Below the pieces are notes generated by a model, which was not told the DNA's origin, searched no databases, and saw only the letters and a program-made list of their open reading frames with translations. The position numbers and the translations under genes were made by a program. Below, piece after piece: positions 28,166 to 41,379 of a stretch of 64,000 nt of DNA. Each line of letters starts with the position of its first letter. Position 1 is the first letter of the stretch. The DNA comes from the human T2T-CHM13v2.0 reference genome, Homo sapiens, in the NCBI RefSeq assembly GCF_009914755.1, contig NC_060937.1; one strand, written 5' to 3'.

Positions 28166-29493
28166 TGTGAACCAAAAGTATCTGAGATACGTCTCCATTA
28201 ATTTAGAAAGTTTATTTTGCCAAGGTTACTGTCAATGAAAAGAATCACACTCTGTAAAATATTTGAAGGGATTCATTCTGAGCCAAATATGAGTGACCCA
28301 TGAGCTATGACACAGCCATTAGGAGATCCTGAGAACATGTGCCCTAGGTGGTTGGGCTACAGCCTAGTTTTATACATTTTAGGGAGACATGAGACTTCAG
28401 TCAAAGACATGTAAAGATGTACATTGGTTTGGTCTGGAAAGATGGGACAACTTGAAGCAGGGTGTGGGATTGTTCCAGGTCATAGGTAGATTTTAAAATT
28501 TTCTGAATGGCAATTGATTGAAAGAGTTAGGTTACTATCTAAAGACCTAGAATCAATAGAAAGGAATGTTTGGGTTAGGATGATAAGGGGTGGTGGAGAC
28601 CAAAGTTTTATCATATAGATGAAGCCTCCAGGTAGCAGGCTTCAGAGAAAACAGATTGTAAATGTTTCTTATCAGACTTAAGGTCTGTTGATGTTAACTC
28701 TGGTCGGCTTTTTTTGAATTCCAAAAAGGAGGAGGGTATAATGAGGCATGTCTTACCTCCCTTCCATCCTGGCCTAAATAACTTTTTCAGGTTAACTTTG
28801 GAATGCCCTTGGCCAAGAGGAGACATCCATTCAGATGGTTGGGGGGCTTACAATTTTATTTTTGGTTTACAGGCAGTCCTGACAACATGTGCACAAGGCA
28901 GTTAGGGTAAAGCTTGGTTTTACACATTTTAGGGAGATATGAGACATCAATCAAATACATGTAAGATGTACACTGGTTTTGTCCTGAAAGGTGGGACCAC
29001 TCGAAGTGGGGAGGGGGCTTCCAGGTCATAGGTAGATAAGAGATAAATGGTTGCATTCTTTTTGGATCTATGATCAGCCTTTCACTGAATTAAACAATTT
29101 ATATGTGAGAGGGGATAGTAGTCGCTTCTTAGTCTGGCTCAGCGAATCTGCATTTTTATATAAACAGTGGGGCAGAGGAAGCAATCAGATATGCATTTGC
29201 CTTAGATGAGCAGACAGATGACTTTGAGTTCTCTTCTTTGTTCCGCATCTGTGAAGATAAGCCATCACTTTACATCACCAAAGTGAAATTCAGCAGAATT
29301 GTTTTAGGGTAAAGATCTTGAGGAGTTTCCTTGTGGGCATATTGTGAGGGAGGTATGTAGCTTTTTTTTTTTTTTTCATCTTTGTAGCTACGTTATTCAG
29401 GAATAGAATGGGAGGCAGGTTTGCCTAACCCCAGCTTGACTTTTCCCTTGGGCTTAGTGATTTCGGGGTCCCAAGATTTATTTTCCTTTCACA
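28166..29493 (-). mobile_element. ERV1 solo LTR, MER4 family (outer)
   Basis: TGTGAACCAAAAGTATCTGAGA...CCCAAGATTTATTTTCCTTTCACA; perfect 4-bp TSD GTCC at 28162-28165 and 29494-29497. Confidence 0.85.
28230..28871 (-). mobile_element. ERV1 solo LTR, MER4 family (inner, nested)
   Basis: TGTCAATGAAAAGAATCACACTCTGTAAAATATTTGAAG...TTTTATTTTTGGTTTACA; TG...CA ends. Confidence 0.82.
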
Positions 29494-29729
29494 GTCCCTT
29501 GATCCCTCGTGCCTGGAAGCTCCTCCACCTGTGGCCTGAGTTGGATCTGCTTCTCCTCCCAGCAGTCTACTTCCTTCCTCCATCCTTTCTTCCTCCCATG
29601 AATCTTCCTCCCCACTCCTCCCTCCCTCCTGCTCCTCCATGGGGCAATTCACCCAAGGCCTGGATGGTGTCTTGGCAGGCAAGGCAGGGCCAGTGCCTTG
29701 TTGGTGGATCTGAGGGCCCTGGTGCATGG

Positions 29730-29808
29730 GACGTGCTGGTTGGCAAACCATTCCTAGAATCCACCCTGAGCACCTGGTTCTAGGAATGGTTTGCCATTCC
29801 AGCATGTC
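29730..29808. repeat. Inverted repeat/hairpin: 19-bp perfect stem, 18-nt loop, about 10 bp extension
   Basis: TGGCAAACCATTCCTAGAA (29741-29759) is the exact reverse complement of TTCTAGGAATGGTTTGCCA (29778-29796). Confidence 0.95.
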
Positions 29809-32699
29809 AAATGGTTGCTAAATGCTTTGCCCCACTGGTGACTGAGGTCCCAGGGGATGGAGACCCCTCGGATTGTCCTAGAGGAATGTTCCCTCTCTGC
29901 CTTACTGCTTTCTTCTGTCTTTCCCTCTGCACCCATACTGCTGGGATATGCCTGCACTCTGCAGTTTGCTGACTCCTCTGCAACCTTGGCTTTGGTTTCT
30001 CCCCAGGTCCTGACCACCTGGCCGTGGGCCCCTCCCTGTAGAGCCACACTGCAGGAAAACAAGGCTGCTTCAGCCCAGCGAGACCCATCTTGCCTGGGTG
30101 CCACCTCCCAGCCTGGATCAGCACTCGGAGCTCCCACCTGCCTCCCAGGGGAGTGGGCATCCACCCTGAGCACCTGGTTCTAGGAATTTCCCTTCCTTTC
30201 ATTTCTGAGGCAGTGCCGGCCGGCTTGGCCATCTCATGCTGTCTCACGTTCCGCAGCTGGTCTGGGCCCAAGTGCTGAGGACTCAGGGATCCCTGAGACC
30301 GTTCTGGGCAGGTCTGGCTTGCTGCCCTCCCCTGGAGAATGTGGCGACCCAGCAGCAGGTGGTTGAGAGTGTCCCTGCTGGTGAGGACAGAACCTGGAAT
30401 TCTGTTGCCACGCTCCCTGTCCTGGCTGGCTGATGCCCTCCAGCTGTGGGCTGGCCATGCTCCTGATGGGCCTGATATGGATACAGACTAGCATGTCCCA
30501 TGCACCAGGACCCTCAGATCCACCAACAAGGCACTGGCCCTGTCTTGCTTTCTTCTCTTGGTGTGGCTGAAAACACCAGGCTCTAACTCTACTAGTTAAG
30601 CAGGAACCTGGGAGTCTCCAACATCCTTCCTGGCAGGGGGCATGCAGAGAACATAGTCTTCAGCTCTGGCCAAGCAGCCATCTGTCCAGCCTGCTGGTGC
30701 TAGCCTGGGTAGATGGCCTGGAACTTAGGGGCAGAGCCCACCTGCACAGGCAAACTTGGGGGACCATGAGGGATGATCCCACAGACCCAGAATGCTCAGC
30801 CTTCTTTAAACTTGCAGCGGAGGCTTCAATGTGCACCTCCGCCTCCCCCTACGGATTGTAAAACTCACAGGCACAGGGACCGGGGCTTGCCCACCACCCT
30901 AAACAAAACTTGCTGATGACTTACTGAGAAGATGAAGGCAGTGGTTTCTTGCAGCCATTGTGTCTGACCATGGGCCCCAGCAAGGATGTGAGGGACCTGT
31001 GTCACTGGCAAACACACTGTCAAGAAGCCAGGTGTGTAACCGGCCTATGATGAAAGCCTGCAGAGGTATCAGTCTCTTTCCTGGGGAATCTTTTCACCTG
31101 CGTCACAGCCAGACCCTCCATCACTGGTAGAAGGGTCTAGGGACTCCTCCAGAAGAGATAACTACTTTCTACTTAAGGACCAAAATACTTTTAGCCTCTG
31201 AGGCATAGGGCAGCTCACAGATGAAACTCTCTTCTATCTTGGTCAAGGTTGCCCCCAGGCAGGGGGACATCACCAGCAGATGCTCGTGGTTGGTCAGTAT
31301 CTTGAGAAGTACACACCACCCAGGTACACCATTAGGGTGTCCCCTAGTACAACAGGACAGAGACAAAGGCTGTGCCTACTGTCTCCAAGGAGTGGGAGAG
31401 GACAAGCATATGGCAATTTTGATAGGCTTCTCACTTGGCCCTTCGAGTTGGCCATGTTGATCAAGTTCATGGTCTTCCCCTCTCAGGGGCTCCCCTGGTT
31501 GATCTTTTTCTGCCCTGACAAGCTCCTGGAGTCTGTTCCCTCCCCGTCTTCCGCAGCCGACCCCCAAGTGTGTGGTGGGCGGGGTGCAGGCTGCAAGCCT
31601 GTGATTACAGCACCTGCCTTGCTGGGAATGGCACGGGCATAGGAGCAGTCATGCCCACTGCAACAGTCAGTGTTGCCACAGCAATGCCCAGAACACCACC
31701 CTGAGCCCCATGGCTGCAGACAGTGGCATCTGTTTGGTTTATGCGTCTGCAGGTCGGGGCTTTCACGGGCTTGGGCTGGGCTCCCTCCTGTGGCTGGCAC
31801 TCCCCAGCTGTGGCTGGGGACAGGGCACACCTAGGCCACAACTCTCCCTCATCCAGCAGGCCAGCCCGACACCTTCTCACCGTGACGGCAGAGTGGGGAG
31901 CAAGCAAAGCCACACTGTGTGAGCTTTCCAAGGGCCCATTGTCACCCCTTTGCTAATACCCCACTGGCTGCAGCCCATGTGGCTGAGCCCAGAGCCAGGG
32001 TGGGGGGTACATGGCAACCTGTGCAGACATGGAAAAACCTCAGCCTCCTCTTCTCCCACTGAAACGGGCTTAGAGCTCTTCCTGTCTCCCCACGCGTGCT
32101 GCACTGTTTCATGCTCTTTCTCCCAAGGAACTTCTCCTCAGCTCAGCTCCCGCTCTGTAAGTGGAACTCTGATTTCATCTGAGCACCCTGGCTTCCACAG
32201 CATTGCATGCCCACTGCCAGCCCGTTCCTCCCCTCCCTCACCCACTGGGCTGACGATCCTCTCCCACTTGCTGCTCAGTTTCCCTCCTGGTTTGTCCCAG
32301 CTCTGGGGCCCATGGGCAGCCCCCTCACCCTTGTGCCTTGCCCCCCATACCTGGGACACTGCTTGGGGACAGTGCCCAGGATTCTACCTACTCTGAGAAT
32401 GGGGACAAGAAATCTACACACAAGCTTAAGTCGCCCTTATCCTAAAAAGGTACTTTTTTCCTGACCTTGTGAATTCTTCCAAGATCTTATTGATCTCTAA
32501 TTTGCCTTTTGTGAGAAAATGTTTTGAAAGAGTAACCTACACCCATCGCTTTCATTCCTTACCACCCACTTGCTCCTTGTCCCTTACAGTCTTTTTTTTT
32601 TCCACTTTTTTTTTTTTTTTTGCCCCAGAAGACCAGGCTGTCAACAGTCTGCAGTGTTAGGAGTGCCACATGTGTTCATTTATTTTGTCCTCTAAAAAC

Positions 32700-32860
32700 C
32701 TCGAAGGCTTGGGTGCTGCATACAGTCAATAGCCGTTTGACCCATGAGAAAATCAGAGCTCAGCCTGGTCATGTTGTTCATGAGGTTATTGGGAGCAGGT
32801 AATGGACTGTAGGCCTTTCTGACTGCAGAGCCTGTTTTAAGCTGTTGTGCTGTACTGACT
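32700..32860 (-). mobile_element. MIR fragment
   Basis: CCGTTTGACCCATGAGAAAATCAGAGCTCAG...TCTGACTGCAGAGCCTGTTTTAA. Confidence 0.45.
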
Positions 32861-32920
32861 CGATGTGCAAGTCTGGAGTGTGCTAGAGTCAGAGCCTCCA
32901 AACCCGTCACGCAAAGGGGC

Positions 32921-33209
32921 TGTATACGCTTGCTAGGGCTGCTGTGCCACAGTTGAGTGGCTTTGACAACAGAAATGGTTTGCCTCGCTGTCCTGGAGGC
33001 TGGAGGCCACAGGGTCAGCAGGGCCATGCTCCTTTTGCAGGTGCCAGGGAAGGTCGGGGCCCAGCCCTTCTCCCAGTTCTTGGTAGCTTAACTCCAGTCT
33101 CCACATTGCATTCTCCCTGTGTGCATGTCTGTGTCCAGAGTCTCCCTTTCCATTAGGACACAAGTCATATTGGATTAGGCTCTCACCCTAATGACCTCAT
33201 CATAACTAA
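32921..33209 (-). mobile_element. MLT1 (B/C-like) LTR fragment
   Basis: TGTATACGCTTGCTAGGGCTGCTG...ACAACAGAAATG...AGGACACAAGTCATATTGGATTAGG...TAATGACCTCATC. Confidence 0.8.
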
Positions 33210-33530
33210 AGTTGACAACTCGGGGGCACCAACACACCCCCCTTCCCCCATGCAGAAATGGCCCCATTGTTTCTGGGGCCTTTCAAAACCTGCATGTAAC
33301 CTTTGACTCCCCCAAAACTTAACTACTAATAGCCTGCTATTGACCAGAAGCCTTACCGATAATGTGTCAGTGGATGAACACATATTTTGCATGTTATATG
33401 TACTGTATACTGTAGTCTTACAATAAAGTAAGCTAGAGAAAATAATATTTGAAAATCATAAGAAAGAGAAAATATATTTATTCATTAAGTGCAAGTGGAT
33501 CATCCAGGTAAAGGCCTTCATCCTGTGGTC
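33210..33530. mobile_element. Tigger2-family DNA transposon fragment
   Basis: TTTGACTCCCCCAAAACTTAACTACTAATAGCCTGCTATTGACCAGAAGCCTTACCGATAA...TTACAATAAAGTAAGCTAGAGAAAA. Confidence 0.85.
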
Positions 33531-33775
33531 TGTTAGTTTGTAACAAAATAGTGTATGTCTTCTCCTAAAATTTACTATTGTTATTTAACAACTTCCTTTA
33601 AAAGGAAGGTAAGTGGTTTAGTGAAACTGATGAGAGGAAACAAATCCTGATTTCAATTGTGAATTAAGGGTGTTATTCACACAAGTTATTTCAGTTCCTG
33701 TCTTCTCCCTTTTGGTTAAGATTTCCACAGGATTGCTGTAGTTCTGAGATCCAGGTTCCCTTTTTGGCACTTTCT

Positions 33776-33778
<3 letters not shown>

Positions 33779-33811
<33 letters not shown>

Positions 33812-34093
33812 AGACAGAGTCTCGCTGTGTCGCCCAGGCTGGAGTGCAGTGGCGCTATCTGGGCTCACTGCAAGCTCCACTTCCTGGGTTGATGCCATTC
33901 TCCTGCCTCAGCCTCCCAAGTAGCTGGGACTACAGGTACCCGCCACCACGCCTGGCTAATTTTTTTGTATTTTTAGTAGATAACAGGGTTTCACCGTGTT
34001 AGGCAGGATGGTCTTGATTTCCTGACCTCATGATCTGCCTGCCTTGGCCTCCCAAAGTGCTGGGATTACAGATGTGAGCCACCGTGCCTGGCC
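33779..34093 (-). mobile_element. AluY-like
   Basis: CACTGCAAGCTCC and GCCATTCTCCTG AluY diagnostics; about 32 T tail; TSD CTGGATTTTT. Confidence 0.93.
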
Positions 34094-36079
34094 ACTGGAT
34101 TTTTATAGTAAACAATGACCTCTGTGACTCTTAACGAGAGAGGAATAGATACAAAAAGTCTTATAAGCAAAAACATCGCTGAAAGCCAGAGTTTACTGCA
34201 AAATAGACACATGACATTATTTAATTTTTTTCCCAAATAGAGAACCTAAGTAAAAGCCTTAGCAATTTACCTTTTGCTGAGAGGAACTAGCTGGACTGTA
34301 CATTTTAAGAAAATCCTTTCTTCAAAGTACATGTGAGGAAAAACTAATTTCGGGGACAGCCCTGCTTCCAAGCTTGTTTCTCCTGTGGCATCCCCTCTCT
34401 GTTAGCAGTAATTTAATAAAAAACCTGAATATGACCCTGTTGTGAGCTGAGTCAGGCCTGACCCTGAGCCAGGGGCCACCTGGCCCCTCTGCTTCACTCT
34501 CACCATTGCCCACTCATGGGGCTTCTTTTCTGCTCATGGTTCATCCCAGAAGGTTTTTCCCTGCCATCCCCTAGAAGGTCAGACCAGCCAGGACACCCCC
34601 GGCCTTCCTGATCCTTCCCCTTTGGGGCGACCCCTGGCAGGCCCCCCCCCATTCCTAGGTCCACCGTTTCTGGGGTCTTTCCAGCCAAACCATGCCAAGG
34701 TGAGCCTCGGCTGGTGACACGTCATAGTCCCCTCATGACCCCACCTAAATCAGCAAAATGAAGTTGTTGGTTCTTAGAAATAATTTAAAACACAGAGGCA
34801 TTTCCTCAGGCAGTGGGATTTGAGCATCAAAGACACGCTTCTGTCCTTCGTCCTTCTGCCCTCGGATGTCGCGGCTCCTTGGCTCCACAGTGACTTGGAG
34901 GGTACGCGGTGTGTATGTGTTGGCTGCAATAGTGTGAGCCACAGTGACACGTGGCATGGTTCTGAGCTCCACAAGGAAAATGGCAGAGCCCCGTTCCAAG
35001 TCCCTGGCAGGACTCGGGACTCTGCGTATGTCTTTCTCAGACACCCCTGAGACCTGCCCGGAATTGTGTTTGTGGCTTGTCCTTCAACCCCACTCCTGGC
35101 TCCTCCTGTGAGGGGTGGAGGCCAGTGGGGTCCATCCCTGCCCACCCCTGGAGTGCTCCATCCTCCAGGACGTGGCCCTGGGCCCTCCAGGAAGCAGCTG
35201 CGGCTCTTCCTGAGGCTGGGAGAGCTGTTTCCCAGTAGCTACCATTTCCATTTGGATCCAGATGTGACATCTTCCCATTTCTGACATCACCCTGGATGTC
35301 ACATCAGTTTTCTTTAATTGACTTCTCACGTTTCTCAAATTCTTGCTGGAAGAATTGGGAGCGTCCTTTGGTGCCTGGGCAGCTATGATGCAGGCCACAA
35401 CCACAATGCTAGGCTCAAAGGTGCCCTTCTTTGCCCACAGCCAAGCAGGGCCGCTGGGTTCACCTTGACCTCCACTGACTCTTCCTAAGCAGGCTCAGTG
35501 TCCAGGGCCCGGGCATGGCCTGCAGGGCTGTGGGGGTACCTCCCCGCTCCCTCTCCTTCCTGGCTCTCAGTTTCCTGAGCTGCATGTCCCCAGTGTTCTC
35601 TTCCAGAAGTTTCATTGTCCTTGTGCAGAGAAAAGCCCCTGGAAGGCACTCTGGGACGTGCATTGTGCCCCAGTTCAGCACTAGGGTGGTGGCTCTGCAC
35701 CCCAAGGCCTGGCTGCTGCACGATAACATGAGCCTGACAAATCCCAGGGTGCAGAGAATCCAGGGCTGGTGCAGGATGGCGCTGCCCCCGCCCAGGCTCA
35801 TGCCCAGCCTTCAATGAATACAGTTTTAGTTACTGAATGACAGTGGATGGTGGAGCCCATGGAGGGTGTGATGAACACCAAGTGGGGCCTGACACAGACT
35901 CGGCAGCCTCAGGAAGGCAGGAGGTAGTGAGGAGCGCCCGAAGTGTGGGAGGAGGTGACAGGGTCAGGGGGCAGACATCCTTCCCATGGGGCCCAGCCCT
36001 GGGCCAGGGCAGAGAGCTGAGGTAACATCAGTAGATGAGTGAGCACTCCTGAGTTACGAATAGAGGACAAATCGCCAAA

Positions 36080-36260
36080 ATAACAGCATGCATTTACACA
36101 TGCTCACACGTGCCAGGCACTGCTCTGAGACGATAACTCAGTTAATGCTCACAATTCTCTTATCCTCATCCGAGAAATAGAATAATTTGCCTGGGCATGC
36201 AGCAAGTGAGTGGTGGACCCGAACCAGAACCTACGTAAGCCCACGTGCTTGACCTGAATT
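36080..36260 (-). mobile_element. MIR fragment
   Basis: ACAGCATGCATTTACACATGCTCACACGTGCCAGGCACTGCTCTGAG...TAATTTGCCTGGGC. Confidence 0.6.
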
Positions 36261-36567
36261 CAGAGGATTGGAAACCCAGGGCTTAGAGCTTGAAAACGCA
36301 CAGTGTGATCTAAATCTAAATCTCTTGGGCAGAGCTTTTCTCCATGCTCTAAAATTCTGCTCTTAAGGCCATGTGAGAGATGTATGTGTGTCTGTGTTTG
36401 TATGTGTATATATGTATATGTAAGATATACACACATATGTATATATACATTTTTGTTTACATATATTTTTTAGATCAGATAGACCCTGTCTGGCATTCCG
36501 ATTTAACCTCAGCTAACCTGTTTTCACACATCTGTGCACTAAAACAACTCATTTTTTTCCTTTCCAG

Positions 36568-36602
36568 AGCTTGTCTTCAAGAGTAGCTGGTGCAGAAACT
36601 CG
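36568..36602 (+). other. Candidate 35-nt small exon
   Basis: Upstream CTAAC, strong acceptor ATTTTTTTCCTTTCCAG, donor TCG|GTAAGA. Confidence 0.4.
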
Positions 36603-37923
36603 GTAAGAAGGGCCTCGAGTCCGTTCTTCCCTCTCCTTCCTCCTTCTTTCTCCTTTAAATCCTACCTCCATTTGCAGATTGTATAATCTGTATGTTAACT
36701 CCGTAATCCATATGTTACCTCTGTAACATACTGTTAAAATCACCACAAATTTGATAGTTTCACACTTTTCTTGACTTTCAAAACATATCATCTGTCAAGG
36801 TATTTGAGATGACTTCTTCCTTTGTGAAGTGAGGCCTCCTCTTAGCAAAATTTTAGACCCTACATGGATTTCATTAATATGCACTATTGCTACTAAATGT
36901 TCTGCTAGTGTGGCCAATCCATTTATAGGCAAACTTGGGAATGATTTTGTTTTGAAAGCAAATACAAATGAATCACCTTACACCCGTGGAAAACCAATCA
37001 CGAGTCTTACATTTTAAGATACTTTACTGTGATAAAAACCTGGGAGTGTTTTGGGTTTTGTATGTTTGTTACTGGATGAATATAACCTTAGAGTTGAACA
37101 CATTTTAATAGAAATGTGCACGTGTTCATAAATATGACATACTTAAGTCCTGTTGTAGATTAAACTGTATTACAAACCACTTCATAGTTGTAAGGTCAAA
37201 ATGTCTTTTTTGATGGACAAATAGAAATGTTGCAAAAGATCGTTTTTTCCATCTTAGCATTATTTGTAACTGTGATTTACCTGTTGGACCCAACTAAAGA
37301 CTAACAAGTAAAGAATCTGAGGAAGGTCTTTTAGGTAATAAATGAAATATCTTTTTAAATTCCTTTTTCTCCAATTAAAGTGGAACGCAGCTTCTGAAAA
37401 TCTTTAACGAGCTAGACAATACAAAATTTAGATAATTTAATTTGAGATTATGTTTAGGTCTCAGAAAACCTGAGAGGTCTACGCATTAATAGCCAATGAT
37501 GACACAGAGGCACAGCTAATTGGCGAGGTGAGCGCTGCTTGTTTGATGTTTTAGCAGAGGGTTACTTATTGATCTGCACCATAGGCCTCACCTAACATTG
37601 ACTTTTCATTTGCTATTTTTCCTGTGTTTTACTTAACTGATGCATTTTTTTTGAAATTTTTAACTATTCACATTTGTTTGTGAGAAGAATTTCATTACAG
37701 CATTTAGGTTCCAACGTTTTGTGTATCATACGAGTGGATTATCAGTCACATATCTTTGTGTGTTACTTCAAAAGCATTTGGTGTACACTCGAGAAATAAT
37801 TATGACAAAGTATGAAAAACTTAATTTGTCTGTTTTAGGACATTTCAAATATTTAAGATGCAGAAGAATACTGAGGCATATCTGATTGAGTGGATCTCAA
37901 CAGACATATTAGAATTTGGTTGA

Positions 37924-38288
<365 letters not shown>

Positions 38289-39662
38289 ATGATTCTTATT
38301 TATAAAAGAAAAACAGTATATAGTTTTATACTGTATGGTTTGATAGCAGTGGAGCTAGTTAAAATTTCTGCATACTTTTGTAATTATGTTTTGTTTGTGA
38401 ACTTACAGATCCATTACCTAGCCAAATATTTATGTGTATTTTAAAGCATTTTTAATATCACATGCTAAATAGCTAGGAAACTTTTCTTGAGCAGAATATT
38501 ACTAGTGCATTCTCTTTCTTCCTCTTGTGTGTACTTTATAATTAGAATAAATATCATTAATGATAATGCTTCTCTGAGGTCAGATTTTATTTAAAAAATA
38601 AAATAGGACTGCTAAAAAAAAAATGACATTTTGAAATACTCGTTGGAATCCTAGGCAGCTTAGGGCTCTGTAGAGCAATGGGAGTCCAAGGGTAGAGAAT
38701 CATTTGGTGTTTAGGAAAAGCTTCTATTATCAGTGAGGTCACATTAGCGTTCACAGGCATAGATTTCAACATGCCAGTGAAGACTGGTAGGGTTAGGAGT
38801 CTCATCTCTCTCGCCCTGGAGTCTTTCTGTGGTTTTCAGGCCAGCCACACCTCTTTGCCCCCATGTCAGAATTCAGACATCTACGTTTATTGAAGCTTAC
38901 CTTTAAGCTCTATCTTTATTGCACTCATTGTGTGAGGTGCGGACTCCAGCTTCTATCTTAGGAAGTCCACCTCAGAGCACCAAGCCTCACCGACAGCCAG
39001 ACTTAACCAGCTGCATACAGCTTCTCCCTGTTGGCATGAAACACACCAACATTTGGGATGATGACTTGAGGAATTTGGATTTTGTTGAGATCTGTGTGTT
39101 TTAATGTTTTGGTATTTTACTTAGTTCCTTGTTTTAAACTGTTCCATTTCAAACTTAAGCATTTCATTTTATAGTTAGAGTGCTTGAACTTTTAACCAAT
39201 ATGCAGTTGACATTGTTCTAAGTTATGAAAAAGGCAAAAATATAGTGCTATGTACATGTGACTTTATGAAAACTTTTTTGTTTTTTAACCTTAATCAAAT
39301 TTTTCATTAATGCTTAAGTAGAATATATTAGTATTTTAAAAGCAGATTCACAATCCATTTGAGTTGGAAACCATTCTTGGCCCACAAACCCAGTTTCCCT
39401 CAGAGGCCGTGAGAGGGAGCTGTTGAACCTTAAACGAATTGTATTTAACCTTTAACAGTCCATCAGGCTAAACTATTCAGATAATCCATCTATAAAATTT
39501 AACTTACATTGTAATAAGCAGTAGTATGATTTTCATTTCTATTAAAGCAGAAGTTATGCAGTTAATTAAGAGACATTTCAGTTAAATTCAATGAATACTT
39601 TTTAGTACATGTTATTTACAAGGCACTTTATGCTAAAAGTGGGCATAAAAATAAATAATTTG

Positions 39663-39952
39663 GGCCGGGCGAGATGACTCATGCCTATAATTCCAGCACT
39701 TTGGAAGGCTGAGGTGGGTGGATCACAAGGTCACGAGTTCAAGACCAGCCTGGCCGAGATGGTGAAAACCGGTCTCTACTAAAAATACAAAAATTAGCTG
39801 GGCATGGTGGTGGGTGCCTATAATCCCAGCTACTCAGGAGGCTGAGGCAGATAATTGCTTGAACCCAGGAGGCGGTGGTTGCACAGGGCCTAGATCGAGA
39901 CACTGCACTCCAGCCTGTGTGACAGATTGAGACTCCATCTCAATAAATAAAT
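39663..39952 (+). mobile_element. AluS
   Basis: GGCCGGGC... dimer with (AATA)n tail; TSD-like AATAAATAATT. Confidence 0.93.
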
Positions 39953-40248
39953 AATTGGAGTGGCTCATAAACATGTGCATGTCTGTGTGTGCACACCTGC
40001 ATTATAAAGTAGAACACAATATATAAGGAAGGTATATTGAGTTTCCACAGAAAGGAAGGTATTAGGAGAGGCAGGAGAGAGGAGCTGGCCTCTAAGAAGG
40101 GCTGGAGCATTTCTGGGAGTTGACAGAGAATGGGGAGTATTCCAAGTGCGGAGCACAGCATAAGGAAAGAAAGTTTGGAGAATCCTGAAGATGCCTGTTT
40201 GCTCAAAGCATAGCTTGCATAAAGATGATTAAGAGAATATCAGGCATA

Positions 40249-40415
40249 GGGCAGACAGTGAGTTGCACCTGTAGTCCCAGCTACTTTGGAAGCTGAGTCA
40301 GGAGGATCACTTGAGCCCAGGAGTTTGAGGCTACAGTGAGCTATGATTGTACCACTCTACTCCAGTCTGGGTGACAGAACGAGACCTTGTCTCTTAACAA
40401 AAAATATAAAAATTA
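40249..40415 (+). mobile_element. Alu monomer (FRAM/AluJ right arm)
   Basis: CCTGTAGTCCCAGCTACT...GAGGATCACTTGAGCCCAGGAGTTTGAGGCTACAGTGAGCTATGATT. Confidence 0.85.
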
Positions 40416-40518
40416 AAAACCAGTATCAGGCTGAAAAGCTAGGTTGGGCTGCATTGTACTCAAACATAAATGCCCAAGGACTGACTTGTCTCTAATTGTT
40501 TTGAACGTCAAAATTTGA

Positions 40519-40912
<394 letters not shown>

Positions 40913-40939
40913 AGTTGTTGGAAAATCTTAATGTTTCTT

Positions 40940-41238
40940 TTCTCTTTTCTTTCTTTTTTTTTTTTTTTCAAATGGAGTCTTGCTCTATCTCTTGAAGGCT
41001 GGAGTGCAATCTCATCTCACTGCAGCTTCCACCTCCCAGATTCAAGCAATTCTCCTGTCTCAGCCTCCCGAGTAGCTGGGACTACAGGCACCTGCCACCA
41101 TGCCTGGCTAATTTTTGTGTAGAGATGGGGTTTCACCATGTTGGCCAGGCTGGTCTCGAACTCCTGACCTCAGGTGATCCACCCAGCCTTAGCCTCCCAA
41201 AGTGCTGGGATTATAGGCGTGAGCCACTGCGCCTGGCG
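40940..41238 (-). mobile_element. AluS
   Basis: Antisense dimer; TSD AAAATCTTAATGTTTCTT at 40922-40939 and 41240-41257. Confidence 0.93.
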
Positions 41239-41379
41239 AAAAATCTTAATGTTTCTTAATTGCAGTATTCTGAAACTGATAAAGCACTTGTAAAACTTTC
41301 AAAATAATTTAAAGCCATTTTCTTTTTAAGATAGAAATGAGTACTTCTTAGCATACTAGAGGTAACTTTAAAATTTTAA

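Noticed and set aside
29421-32464. Dense overlapping ORFs on both strands
   Set aside because: Expected in GC-rich sequence with few stop codons; peptides are P/G/S/A-rich without domains
34471-34488. 8-bp inverted repeat AGGGGCCA-CC-TGGCCCCT (similar one near 58339)
   Set aside because: Short enough to occur by chance in 64 kb
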